A stretch of DNA of 64,000 nt from Chitinophagales bacterium (GTDB lineage Bacteria; Bacteroidota; Bacteroidia; Chitinophagales; UBA8649): contig JACJYT010000003.1 of NCBI GenBank assembly GCA_020635975.1, positions 138,655-202,654 on the forward strand, written 5' to 3'. Below are positions 35,621 through 45,300 of the stretch, one piece after another. Positions within the stretch are counted from its first letter, which is position 1; each line of letters starts with the position of its first letter. Both the position numbers and the translations under genes were made by a program. Under the pieces are notes generated by a model. The model searched no databases, had not been told where the DNA came from, and saw only the letters and a list, made by a program, of their open reading frames with translations.

Positions 35621-37299
35621 ATTATATAGATTGGATAGTTTTAGTTGGAACTCTTTTGCTTATAGTTTTATATGGTGCATGGAAAACCAGAAAAAACAAA
35701 GATTTAGATTCTTATTTAAAAGGTAATGCCGAGAATTGGGCCACCATAGGCTTGTCGATTATGGCAACCCAAGCAAGCGCAATAACTTTTCTTTCCACTC
35801 CAGGACAAGCCTACGAAAGTGGTATGGGCTTCGTGCAGTTTTATTTTGGTTTACCGCTTGCCATGATTATTATCTCTATTTTTATATTACCCATTTATTA
35901 TAAGCTAAAGGTATTTACAGCCTATCAGTATTTAGAGCAACGATTTGATGTGAAGGTGAGGGCCTTTACAGCCTTTTTGTTTTTAGTTTCTCGTGGTTTA
36001 GCAGCAGGGATAACCATTTATGCGCCGGCCATTATTCTTTCTAGTTTGCTAGATTGGAACCTTCAATTAACTTGTTTGGTGGTTGGTGGACTAGTGATAA
36101 TTTATACCGTTTCGGGGGGTAGTAGAGCGGTTTCTTTAACACAAAAATGGCAGATGGCGGTAATCATGGCGGGGATGTTTGCTGCTTTTTATTTTGTTCT
36201 ACAAAGTTTTCCAGAACAAGTGGGTTTGAAGGAAGGAATCGATATTGCTGGTCGACTAGGAAAAATGAAGTTGATAGATTTATCGGTAGACCCTAAGAAT
36301 CGTTACACTTTGTTTTCGGGTTTAATCGGAGGCTTATTCTTGTTTGTTTCTTATTTCGGAACTGATCAGAGTCAGGTGCAAAGATATTTGGGAGGGAAAT
36401 CTTTAACTGAATCTCGTTTGGGTTTAATGTTTAACGGACTTTTAAAAATACCGATGCAGTTTTTTATCCTGCTCGTTGGCGCTATGGTATTTGTTTCTTT
36501 TCAGTTTAATAAACCACCTATTATTTTCAATACTTCTGCCACCAATGTAGAAACCCAAAAGCAGGCAGAATTAGTGGAGATAGAAAGTGCTTATAATGAG
36601 GTTTATCAAGAGAAAAGAGCAGCATTAAGTTCTTGGCTAGAAAATGGAACTCAAGATTTTGGCGTAATCAGCGCATTGCAAGAAGAACAAGATGCTTTGA
36701 GAAAAGATTATAAGGATAAAATGCTAAGTATGGATGCCAATTACGTGCAAAAAGATAGCGATTATATTTTTCTAACTTTTGTTTTGAATTTTCTCCCAAC
36801 TGGCTTAATTGGTTTGTTGTTAGCAGTTATATTCTCTGCAGCCATGTCTTCTACAGCGGGCGAGCTCAATGCACTTGCTTCTACTACTACCATAGATTAT
36901 TATAAGAAATTTTGGAGTAAGGGTGAGGATACTGCGAAGGATTTGAAAGTCAGTAAATGGCTTACGATAATTTGGGGTTTCTTGGCAATTTTAATTGCTT
37001 TAACAGCTGGCTTGTTCGAAAATTTGATTCAATTAGTGAACATTTTAGGTTCTCTCTTTTATGGAACCATTTTGGGTGTTTTCCTCTTAGCATTTTTCTT
37101 TAAAAAGGTAGGAGCAAAGGCAGCGTTTATAGGTGCTATTGTTGGACAAGTTTTTGTTCTTCTATTGCATTTATTAACAGTTATGAAATATATAGAGTTA
37201 AGCTATTTATTATATAACATTATTGCTAGTACGATAGTGGTATTAATAGGATTATTATTAGAAAATTTATTATTTAACACCAGTTTAAAAAACAAGTAA
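35617..37299 (+). CDS. Sodium:solute symporter (SSS family)
   Basis: ~13 TM helices with a typical SSS N-terminus after GTG 35617 (VNYIDWIVLVGTLLLIVLYGAWKTRKNKDLDSYLKG). The 28 codons upstream of it, from the track's TTG 35533, are not SSS-like. Confidence 0.8.
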   Translation: MNYIDWIVLVGTLLLIVLYGAWKTRKNKDLDSYLKGNAENWATIGLSIMATQASAITFLSTPGQAYESGMGFVQFYFGLPLAMIIISIFILPIYYKLKVFTAYQYLEQRFDVKVRAFTAFLFLVSRGLAAGITIYAPAIILSSLLDWNLQLTCLVVGGLVIIYTVSGGSRAVSLTQKWQMAVIMAGMFAAFYFVLQSFPEQVGLKEGIDIAGRLGKMKLIDLSVDPKNRYTLFSGLIGGLFLFVSYFGTDQSQVQRYLGGKSLTESRLGLMFNGLLKIPMQFFILLVGAMVFVSFQFNKPPIIFNTSATNVETQKQAELVEIESAYNEVYQEKRAALSSWLENGTQDFGVISALQEEQDALRKDYKDKMLSMDANYVQKDSDYIFLTFVLNFLPTGLIGLLLAVIFSAAMSSTAGELNALASTTTIDYYKKFWSKGEDTAKDLKVSKWLTIIWGFLAILIALTAGLFENLIQLVNILGSLFYGTILGVFLLAFFFKKVGAKAAFIGAIVGQVFVLLLHLLTVMKYIELSYLLYNIIASTIVVLIGLLLENLLFNTSLKNK

Positions 37300-37301
37300 A
37301 C

Positions 37302-38132
37302 ATGAAAAATTTATTATTAATTATTGCAACATTTTTGATGGCAATGAGCACGAGCGCTCAAACTTTACCCAAGCCTAGTCCACTAGGAAATAACAGCCAA
37401 GTAGTTGGTGTTACCACAGTTTCTTTTGAATATTCTCGTCCGGGAGTTAAGGATAGAGAGATTTTCGGTGGACTCTTAGCTTATGGAGAATTGTGGCGTT
37501 TTGGAGCCAATAGCGCAACCAAGTTTACCATAGATACGGATATCAAATTCGAAGAAGGAATCTTAGCGGCAGGAAGCTACGCTATGTTTGCCATTCCGAA
37601 TAAGGATATGTGGACTATCATTTTCAACAAAGACACTAAACAATCAGGTACAGAATCTTATTCGCAAGATTTGGATGCTCTAAGAGTTAAGGTAAAAGCT
37701 ATGGAAAATTCTTTTACAGAAACTTTTACTTTAGGAGTTGACAATGTTAGAAATGACGGAGCCTCTTTAGTGATGTTGTGGGATAAAACAAAGCTTGAAA
37801 TTCCTTTTACTGTTGAAACCAACAAACTTGCTGAATACAATATTCAGGAAGCAGAAAAACAAGGGGAGAATTTAGCAGATGTTTATGGTAATGCAGCTAA
37901 TTTCTACTATGGTACTTTAAAGGATTACAACAAGGCTTTAGCTTATGCGGATAAGTCTATAAAGTTAGGAGAGAACTATAGAAATGTGTTTATGAAAGCG
38001 AGAATTTTAAAGGAATTAGGCAACACGAAAGAAGCTACTACTTTAGCTACAAAGGCTTTAGACTTAGCAACGAAAGAAGATGCTAAAGGCTATATGAATT
38101 TTATTTCGGGCACTTTAGATTCTTGGAAATAG
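37302..38132 (+). CDS. DUF2911-type secreted protein with a TPR-like C-terminal tail
   Basis: Signal peptide MKNLLLIIATFLMAMSTSAQ. The YSRPGVKDREIFGGLLAYGELWRFGANSATKF block is typical of DUF2911. The C-terminal ~90 aa are helical and TPR-like. Confidence 0.65.
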   Translation: MKNLLLIIATFLMAMSTSAQTLPKPSPLGNNSQVVGVTTVSFEYSRPGVKDREIFGGLLAYGELWRFGANSATKFTIDTDIKFEEGILAAGSYAMFAIPNKDMWTIIFNKDTKQSGTESYSQDLDALRVKVKAMENSFTETFTLGVDNVRNDGASLVMLWDKTKLEIPFTVETNKLAEYNIQEAEKQGENLADVYGNAANFYYGTLKDYNKALAYADKSIKLGENYRNVFMKARILKELGNTKEATTLATKALDLATKEDAKGYMNFISGTLDSWK

Positions 38133-38142
38133 TTTTTGTTGA

Positions 38143-38206
38143 CTAGAGAATTAGAAAAATAGAGAAATAGAAAATTAGAGAGTTAGTTGATTAGTTGACT
38201 AGATTT
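38143..38206. repeat. 8-bp-phased TAGA array (WTAGARAA-like units)
   Basis: ctagagaa ttagaaaa atagagaa atagaaaa ttagagag ttagttga ttagttga ctagattt. It has the same unit type as the arrays at 51.5-52.1 kb. Confidence 0.8.
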
Positions 38207-38210
38207 CTCA

Positions 38211-38240
38211 CGTCAGGGTCTCTCAAAAAGGACCCTGATG
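38211..38240. repeat. Conserved 30-nt hairpin module (copy 1)
   Basis: cgTCAGGGTCtctcaaaaagGACCCTGAtg. A near-identical copy lies at 51999-52028. Confidence 0.8.
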
Positions 38241-38343
38241 ATACGTGAAAACCAAAAATGAATTTAAGAAACGAAATTTAATTTTTATGAAGGTAGTCCG
38301 ATCTAAAAGCGAAGCGCTCTAAATTCTATTAGTCAATGAGTCT

Positions 38344-38385
38344 AAAAAAAAAGAGGGCTAGGATATACCTAGCCCTCTTTTTTTG
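38344..38385. terminator. Bidirectional intrinsic terminator between DUF2911 (+) and DUF2779 (-)
   Basis: A8, then AGAGGGCTAGG-atata-CCTAGCCCTCT (11-bp perfect stem, 38352-38378), then T6. Confidence 0.85.
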
Positions 38386-38449
38386 TCGAATAGTCGAATA
38401 GTCGACTAATCGACAAGTCGACCAATCGAATCATCCCAAAATCGACCTC
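38386..38449. repeat. 8-bp-phased TCGA array running into the 3' end of the DUF2779 gene
   Basis: TCGA occurs at 38386, 38394, 38402, 38410, 38418, 38426, (38434 degenerate) and 38442, a strict period of 8. The gene's stop is at 38431-38433. Confidence 0.8.
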
Positions 38450-39897
38450 AATTTCTCCAAAATAACCACCATTGCCCAAGTATCTCGCTCACAATATTTA
38501 AGGAGATCTTTTGTAGTGGCCTCATAATCGCCCATAAATCGACCTTCAAACATAGCGAAGAAAGTGTTGCTCGCTGTTCCTCCATCTGCTATGTTCAAAT
38601 CATTGTACGACAATTCAGGAGCAAGGGCTGGTAAGACATATTTAATCGAGTAACTTCCCATCATCTCTTTCTTGTAATAAGCTTGTTCTTGAAAAGGTTT
38701 CATCAAGTCGACGATACGAGCTACTAAGGCAAGTAAAGCTTCCGCTAAATCGGGAAATAGTGTTGCCAATTCTCTAATTCTGCCAATCTCGAAGGTTTTA
38801 TTATATACCACAATACTGCCCTTTCCTTGGCAATCTTCCAACATCTTTTCTGCAAAGGCTCTTCTAGGATCTTTGCCATCCATCTCCGCTAAAAATTCTT
38901 TGTGTTCGCATGGTCCACCAGGCTCGTTTTGAATATGCAAGGAATATTGAAACACGCTTTGGTCATAAGAGCGCGTACCATCAAACAAGGGTAGGGGTGA
39001 CATGAAAGTTTCGAAGTCGAGGAAGTAGAGAGGATAGTTAAGTTGGTCGAGGAAATTTTGAATCTTTGCTTTATCTATAGTTTCTCTTCCATGTTTTTCT
39101 CCTTTCACCTGATTTAGCTGAGCCTTGCTTAAAGGATAATCATCGGGAATGTCCTTGATATCTATAATGTCTTGATTGTATAGATCCCAAGCCTTAGCAG
39201 CGATTCTTGTAAGATTAAATACAGAATAGTTGGGTACGTGCGACCAGCAATGCGCCATAAAATCGCAAGGGTAGGGGGTTGCGCAATGTGGACCTATAGC
39301 CACTTCTGGTGCACTTTCCATTGCTTGTACTTCCTTCAATTCTTCAATTAGCTGAGGGATTTCTTCGCTTACAATCATTATTTCTTCAGTAATTTCACTT
39401 TTCGAGAAAAGTTCTTGAATATCTAACTCACCTTGCCGAACATAGTCGCGATTCAGATGCACAATAAATACCTCACCAATTGTTAATCCGCAGCCTTCAG
39501 CAACATATTTTTGCACCGCTGCGTCCGAGATATGAGGATCTTTTACTTTTGTCGTGCTTTTTACTTCATAAATATTCCATACGCCATCTTCTTTAGCTAG
39601 GATATCGATAGCAACCAATACATCATCAAAAATAAAAGTTGCTTCATAAATCACTTCTAAACCTTGTTCAATCAGTTCATGAGTTCTAGCCACGCATTGT
39701 CTATTCGGATAGTCCTGTCCTTCCGTAGCATCCATCCCACCTGGAAACAATTCTTGGGCTAGTAAGCCAATATCCGTCCCTGCCTGAAAAATTGCTTCTT
39801 GTCCGGCACTAATTTCTCTTAACTCAGGTTGGTGTTTATAAAGCCATAAGCTTTTGTGACACTGCTTGCCACGCATAATTCTTGATTTTGATAACAT
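38431..39897 (-). CDS. DUF2779-family protein: PD-(D/E)xK (Cas4/RecB-like, 4-Cys) N-domain plus RNase H-like/exonuclease-like C-domain
   Basis: N-terminus MLSKSRIMRGKQCHKSLWL. Nuclease core AIDIL...NIYEVKST...QKYV. Cys cluster C13 plus HCATPYPCDFMAHCW. C-domain YFLDFETF...SVFQYSLH...KYCERDTWAMVVILEKL. Confidence 0.7.
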   Translation of the reverse strand: MLSKSRIMRGKQCHKSLWLYKHQPELREISAGQEAIFQAGTDIGLLAQELFPGGMDATEGQDYPNRQCVARTHELIEQGLEVIYEATFIFDDVLVAIDILAKEDGVWNIYEVKSTTKVKDPHISDAAVQKYVAEGCGLTIGEVFIVHLNRDYVRQGELDIQELFSKSEITEEIMIVSEEIPQLIEELKEVQAMESAPEVAIGPHCATPYPCDFMAHCWSHVPNYSVFNLTRIAAKAWDLYNQDIIDIKDIPDDYPLSKAQLNQVKGEKHGRETIDKAKIQNFLDQLNYPLYFLDFETFMSPLPLFDGTRSYDQSVFQYSLHIQNEPGGPCEHKEFLAEMDGKDPRRAFAEKMLEDCQGKGSIVVYNKTFEIGRIRELATLFPDLAEALLALVARIVDLMKPFQEQAYYKKEMMGSYSIKYVLPALAPELSYNDLNIADGGTASNTFFAMFEGRFMGDYEATTKDLLKYCERDTWAMVVILEKLRSILG

Positions 39898-40224
39898 AGG
39901 GTTGGATATTTTTATTATAAAGGTAAGAGAGGTAAACGGAAGGTATTTGCGTTTGGCTATTAACTGATTGGTATTTTGTCTTTAGCTGATTATATAATTC
40001 ATTGATCGATTGGAAATTATATTAATATTATTGATCTTCAAGGTCACCAAGTAAATTAATAAAATTAAGCCATATTTGACTTTGAAATTTATATAGTAGC
40101 GCACTAATTTAGATAACTAGAAGACAAGATATTGAGAGGTTTACTATGTCATCCTCGTTTTTTTTTGAAAAGTATAAAAGCACTTTGATATGTATAAAAA
40201 AATATACTATATTTAGACTCTGTT

Positions 40225-40491
40225 ATGAGAAAATCTATTCGTAGTATACTTTTATTGCTTTTAGTAATTTTCATTGAAAATTCAAGTGTTCTGCCTAATC
40301 CTATATTAGTTAGTTCTATTGTAGAAAGCACTAGATATAACAATGTTTTAATTTGTATAAGTTCTACTGCTTCAAAATATCATGCCTATCAATGTTGGGG
40401 GTTAGATAAATGTACCCACGATATTCAGACTGTTAGCCTTAGTGTTGCCCAAAGTAAGGGTTATTCTGCTTGTAGGATTTGTTATAAGTAG
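40225..40491 (+). CDS. Small secreted protein with a C-terminal Cys/His motif (KYH-x3-C-x2-L-x2-C ... GYSACRIC)
   Basis: 88 aa. The hydrophobic leader is MRKSIRSILLLLLVIFI. The C-terminal half is NVLICISSTASKYHAYQCWGLDKCTHDIQTVSLSVAQSKGYSACRICYK. A degenerate paralog lies at 50101-50304 (-). Confidence 0.5.
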   Translation: MRKSIRSILLLLLVIFIENSSVLPNPILVSSIVESTRYNNVLICISSTASKYHAYQCWGLDKCTHDIQTVSLSVAQSKGYSACRICYK

Positions 40492-41216
40492 ATTCTTCAT
40501 GATTTTTACAATTTTATTTTTTCAATTATCGCTCAGAGTTATGAGCTTGGTAATAGGTTTTAACACACTATATTTTTTGAAGAACTTAGATCAAACATGT
40601 AGTAATTGGAAATTAAACGATTATTGAAATCAGATTATGTTACCTTCTGTAATTAGTTTCTCAACTTGGAGGAAGTTTTGATGTTTTCCTTGTATATCTG
40701 CAGCTAATAAAGTATGAAAAATATTAACGGATATAACATTGAAACGGACAGTTGAATTCCTAGTAATAGTATGATTTGGAAAACATACAACGAAATATAC
40801 AGATTCTGTATGATAGATATTTACGTTATTGGTTCTAATAGGTGGTTTTTGTAATATTTTAATGGTAATAATCTTAAGAAAAAGTAGATGAGGATGATTT
40901 TAAAGGAAGTAAAGTTGGTAAATATACATTAATTTATTATTGATTTTCAATCAACTTATTTTGAAATTTAAGGGGCGTTTTAAAAAGAAGAATATATAGA
41001 GTGAGAGGCTTATAATATTCCAAGCTAAGTTGTTCATATTAGGGAGAGGTAAACAGAAAGAATCCCGACGTTCCGATATGTTCTATTTTAGAGGCATGAA
41101 AAGTACATGAAATTAGTAATAAGCGAATTTTCTTAATAAATTATATTTTTATAGTAGTTCATAAAATAGAATGGCAATTGAAAGATTTAATACTCTATAT
41201 TATAATCATTTAAAGT

Positions 41217-42308
41217 TTATATCAAAGGACTCAACGGATTTCCCTGAAACTGTTTACATTTTGTTTGTTTTTTACTCCTTTTTTTCAGGTTAGTTTGGGT
41301 GTCAAAAATTACATTCATTGATATTTCTCCAGTTCCACGACTTCTGAAATTTAGACCGCCCACACTAAAATCATAACTTGCCCCAATTTGATATCTCGTA
41401 TTGGAAGAGCCAAATTTACCGGTATGACCAGCTAAAAATATTAAACTATTAGTATTACTTAACTCAAATTTGGTTGTTTGGTAATATAAACCCCAATACA
41501 ATGGTTTAGAATAATTTATTGTTTGAGCATAGAAGTATCTGTTTACTACGTACATATTAAATCCCACGGTATAAGTGTTAAAAGGATTTTGATTTTCAAT
41601 TAATATTTTAGGATTTATGTAAAGTTTATCTTTTTTAACTTTAAAACTTATGCTTCCAAAAGTGCTGTATTTAATGGGTAATGACTCTTGAAGATTATTT
41701 AGTGAAATATTAGGCTTAGTTAAATGGTCGGCTGCAAAAGAAAATTCTGTGGAAATAGATTTGCTGATATTACCTTTCAAAACAATACCAGTATTGATGT
41801 CTAGGTAGCTCTTTCTTCCATTTATTTGAGGGATAAAAGAGCTAGGAGTGTTAAGGTAGCCTTGGGTTGCAGAAATCTGATCAGAAAATGTTAATCGATT
41901 AAAGTCTACGCCAAGTTGGTTGTAGGCTACACCAGTTCCAAAATAGATATTTAAATTTTCGGTTTGTAAAGGCATATGCCAAGAATAGCTAAATCCAAAA
42001 TGGTTGTGTTTATAAAACCCTTCACCTTTGTAACTTTGAAAGGCATTAAAGCCAATTCCACCTACAAGTACATTCCCAAATCTTTTATTTAATGATAGAT
42101 TATAAGAACTGATGGCGCCAGGGATAGTTTTGCCGGGCACATTGAACCATTGATTTCTATAATTACCTCCTATTACTAAATCGCTTGCACTTCCGGCATA
42201 TGCGGGGTTTAAATAGAGAGGATTTAAATCAAATTGAGAGAATCTGATATCTTGCCCGAATACAACACTCATAATAAAGACGAATATATTTGTTAAAAAA
42301 TTTCTCAT
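41217..42308 (-). CDS. PorP/SprF-family type IX secretion system outer-membrane protein
   Basis: MRNFLTNIFVFIMSVVFGQDIRFSQFDLNPLYLNPAYAGS. Its ATG overlaps the adhesin TGA (ATGA at 42305-42308). Confidence 0.85.
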   Translation of the reverse strand: MRNFLTNIFVFIMSVVFGQDIRFSQFDLNPLYLNPAYAGSASDLVIGGNYRNQWFNVPGKTIPGAISSYNLSLNKRFGNVLVGGIGFNAFQSYKGEGFYKHNHFGFSYSWHMPLQTENLNIYFGTGVAYNQLGVDFNRLTFSDQISATQGYLNTPSSFIPQINGRKSYLDINTGIVLKGNISKSISTEFSFAADHLTKPNISLNNLQESLPIKYSTFGSISFKVKKDKLYINPKILIENQNPFNTYTVGFNMYVVNRYFYAQTINYSKPLYWGLYYQTTKFELSNTNSLIFLAGHTGKFGSSNTRYQIGASYDFSVGGLNFRSRGTGEISMNVIFDTQTNLKKRSKKQTKCKQFQGNPLSPLI

Positions 42309-45300
42309 CTAATTATCGTTATAGTTCCAATATTTTTCAATTTATTGTCGTATGCTTTACCTTTCCAAACTTCGTCATTAAGAAAAATGGCATCAATTTC
42401 CCAGACATAAACACCTTGAGGCATTTCTTTACCTGTTTCGAAATGAATTCCATTCCAAAATTCTGCAGGAGTATCATTTGCTAACTTATTAGATCTCCAA
42501 ATCAATTCTCCCCAAGTATCATATATGCTTACTTCATATTGTTTTAAACAAGTTCCTTTAGGTTGGAATTTTCTAACTTCGTCCGATCCAATATCTGGAC
42601 TCATGGCATTAGGAACAAAAAGGCCATTTTCAGCGTACTCTAAAACAATTTCAGTATCTAAGGTATCTAAACATCCTTCTGAACTTGCTGTTGAAAGAGT
42701 TACATTAAAGACTCCATCACTAGGGAATGTATGAATTGGATTGAAATCACTACTAGTGTATCCATCTCCGAACGTCCAATTAGCGTATTGCGCATTAATT
42801 GAGTTATTTATAAAGACAATTTCTATTTCGCCGTAACATTCCGGTTCGCTTTCTTCATATTCGAACATCGATACAGCATCTTCTAAAACTATAATTTGAA
42901 TAGAATCTGAGTCAAAACTGCAAGAATCGGATGAATAGATGTATTGATAAATTGTATAAATTCCAGATTCATTAAACTCTATTTGAAAAATTGAATCCAT
43001 ATTATTAGCACTTATTATATTGTTTCCGAGGTCGTAATATGTATAGGCTTGTCCTACAGAATTATTAATAATTTGAAAGGGGGTGTTGGGGCAAGATTGA
43101 AGTGGATAAACATCTAATTCTGCATTAACAGTGTTAGGGAATACTGAAATAGTTAGGTTGGAAGTATCCAATCCGCACTCATTAAAACTTAGTAATTGAA
43201 CTTCATATTCAATATTAAAATCGTCATTATTGATAAATACATGCGAAAATTCATTTAAACCTATTATGGTTTCACTGAAACCATCTCCGTAATTCGCAAT
43301 AACAGAATCAATATTTGAAAAAGTAGTATTTGTAAAAGTTACGTTTAGCGGGGAGCAGCCATCAGATTGATTTACAGAAAAGTTGGATAATGGCGAAGAT
43401 AAAACCCAAACAGTATCCCTATGTATCGCTATTTCTTGACAAATAGGACTTTGAACCCATAACGTAATAACGTAAAAGGTATCGGCACCATTAGTAGCAG
43501 CTTCATATACATATGGATTAGGTGGTATTGCATTGGTTAGAAAGGGATCGCCATTTCCAAAATCCCAAACATAATCAAAAGCTAAGCTAGGATTACTTGG
43601 CGCATAATTAATTACAACTTCTAAAGGACCACAACCAATCTTAGGATTAACTATAAAGTTAGCATCTGGACTTAAGGCAATCTCAATATTGCCAAAGGAA
43701 CTATCTAAACAACCAAACTCATTTTCTGCAATTAGCTGTATTGTGTAATTACCAGAATTAATATAAGTATGGCTTGGATTTTCACCTGAACCAATAGAGC
43801 CATCTCCAAAATCCCAATTATAGCTTACTCCATCTATTGTATCTAAAATAAACAATACAATAGAATCAGGACATGATACATTAGGATTTGAAAAAATTAC
43901 TGAGGGAAGGGGATGAATGATAAGGTCTATTGTCGTGTCATTTGAGCAACTATTATTATCTAAAACAGATAGGTTTACAGAATAACTCCCTACAGAGTTA
44001 AATAAGTATGAAGGGTTTTGCAAAGTTGCAGATCCAACGCCATCTCCAAAATCCCATTCCCAGATTTCCAAACTAGCATTGTTTGAGCTTGTCAAATCTG
44101 TAAAAAAAGTAGAATCACCAATACATGTTAAAGAATTTTCAAAATTTACATTTGGAATCGGATTGGTTATATAGACTGTTGTATCGCAGTTTAAACATGT
44201 GCCAGTCCCAATACAGTATACCATAGAATATGTTCCTGCGCCGACATTTTGTGGATTGAAGTTGGTGCCCGAAACGCCCGGGCCACTCCAAGTTCCACCA
44301 GAAGGAGTAGGAGTTTGCTGGGAATTTAAATCGACTATACCATCATTAACGCATAGTTGATAATCAGGACCCGCATCCGCAAAAATGGGATTAATAACAC
44401 TTACGATTAAGGAATCAGAATTCACACATCCATTAACATCTGTGAATGTATAAGTAAGCGTAAAATTTCCCGTACCATTCGGAGTAAAAACTCCGGAAGG
44501 ACTTACATTAGGACCGCTCCAAACACCCGATCCGCCAGATGAGAGACTTGGACTAAATCCGCTTAAAGTTACCGGAATGGGTTGATTACATACGCTAATG
44601 TTAGGACCTGCCTCAACAATAGGTAAAGGATTTACAGTAATGGTAACGGTTGAACTATTTTGACAAGCATTATTATCAATAACAGTAACTGTATAGGTAG
44701 TAGTCGTTGTAGGCGAAGCAATCGGATTACTTATATTTGTTTGATTCAATCCAGTGGCAGGGCTCCAAGAATAAGAAACACCACCATTAGCACTTAGCGT
44801 TGTACTAGACCCAATGCAAATAGCTGTATTGGGAGAAGTTACAATAGTTGGTAAAGGATGAACAACAACTTGAACAACATCATTTGAAGCACAAGTACCT
44901 GAGCCAACAGAGTATGTTAAGGTATGCGTTCCAGGTCCAGCGATTTGGGGATTGAAGTTAGCACCCGAAACACCCGGGCCACTCCAAGTTCCACCAGAAG
45001 GAGTAGGAGCTTGTTGTGTGTTTAGATTTACTAGCCCAGCATTGCCGCAAAGATTGAAATCTGGCCCCGCATTAGCTGGAGTTGGATTAATAACGGTAAC
45101 GATTAAAGAATCAGAGTTTACACAATTATTTAAGTTGGTAAAGGTATAGGTGAGCGTAAAATTTCCCGTACCATTCGGAGTAAAAACTCCGGAAGGACTT
45201 ACATTAGGACCGCTCCAAACACCCGATCCGCCAGATGAGAGACTTGGACTAAATCCGCTTAAAGTTTCAGGAATGGGTTGATTACATACGCTAATGTTAG

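Noticed and set aside
40149-40627. Small ORFs 40149-40343 (-) and 40442-40627 (+)
   Set aside because: They are low-complexity, AT-driven ORFs that overlap the better-supported 40225-40491 gene or its flank. They have no motifs and implausible composition.
39926-41060. Shared 11-mer gagaggtaaac at ~39931 and ~41046, considered as direct repeats bounding an insertion
   Set aside because: Chance 11-mer matches are expected many times in 64 kb. No extended similarity surrounds them.
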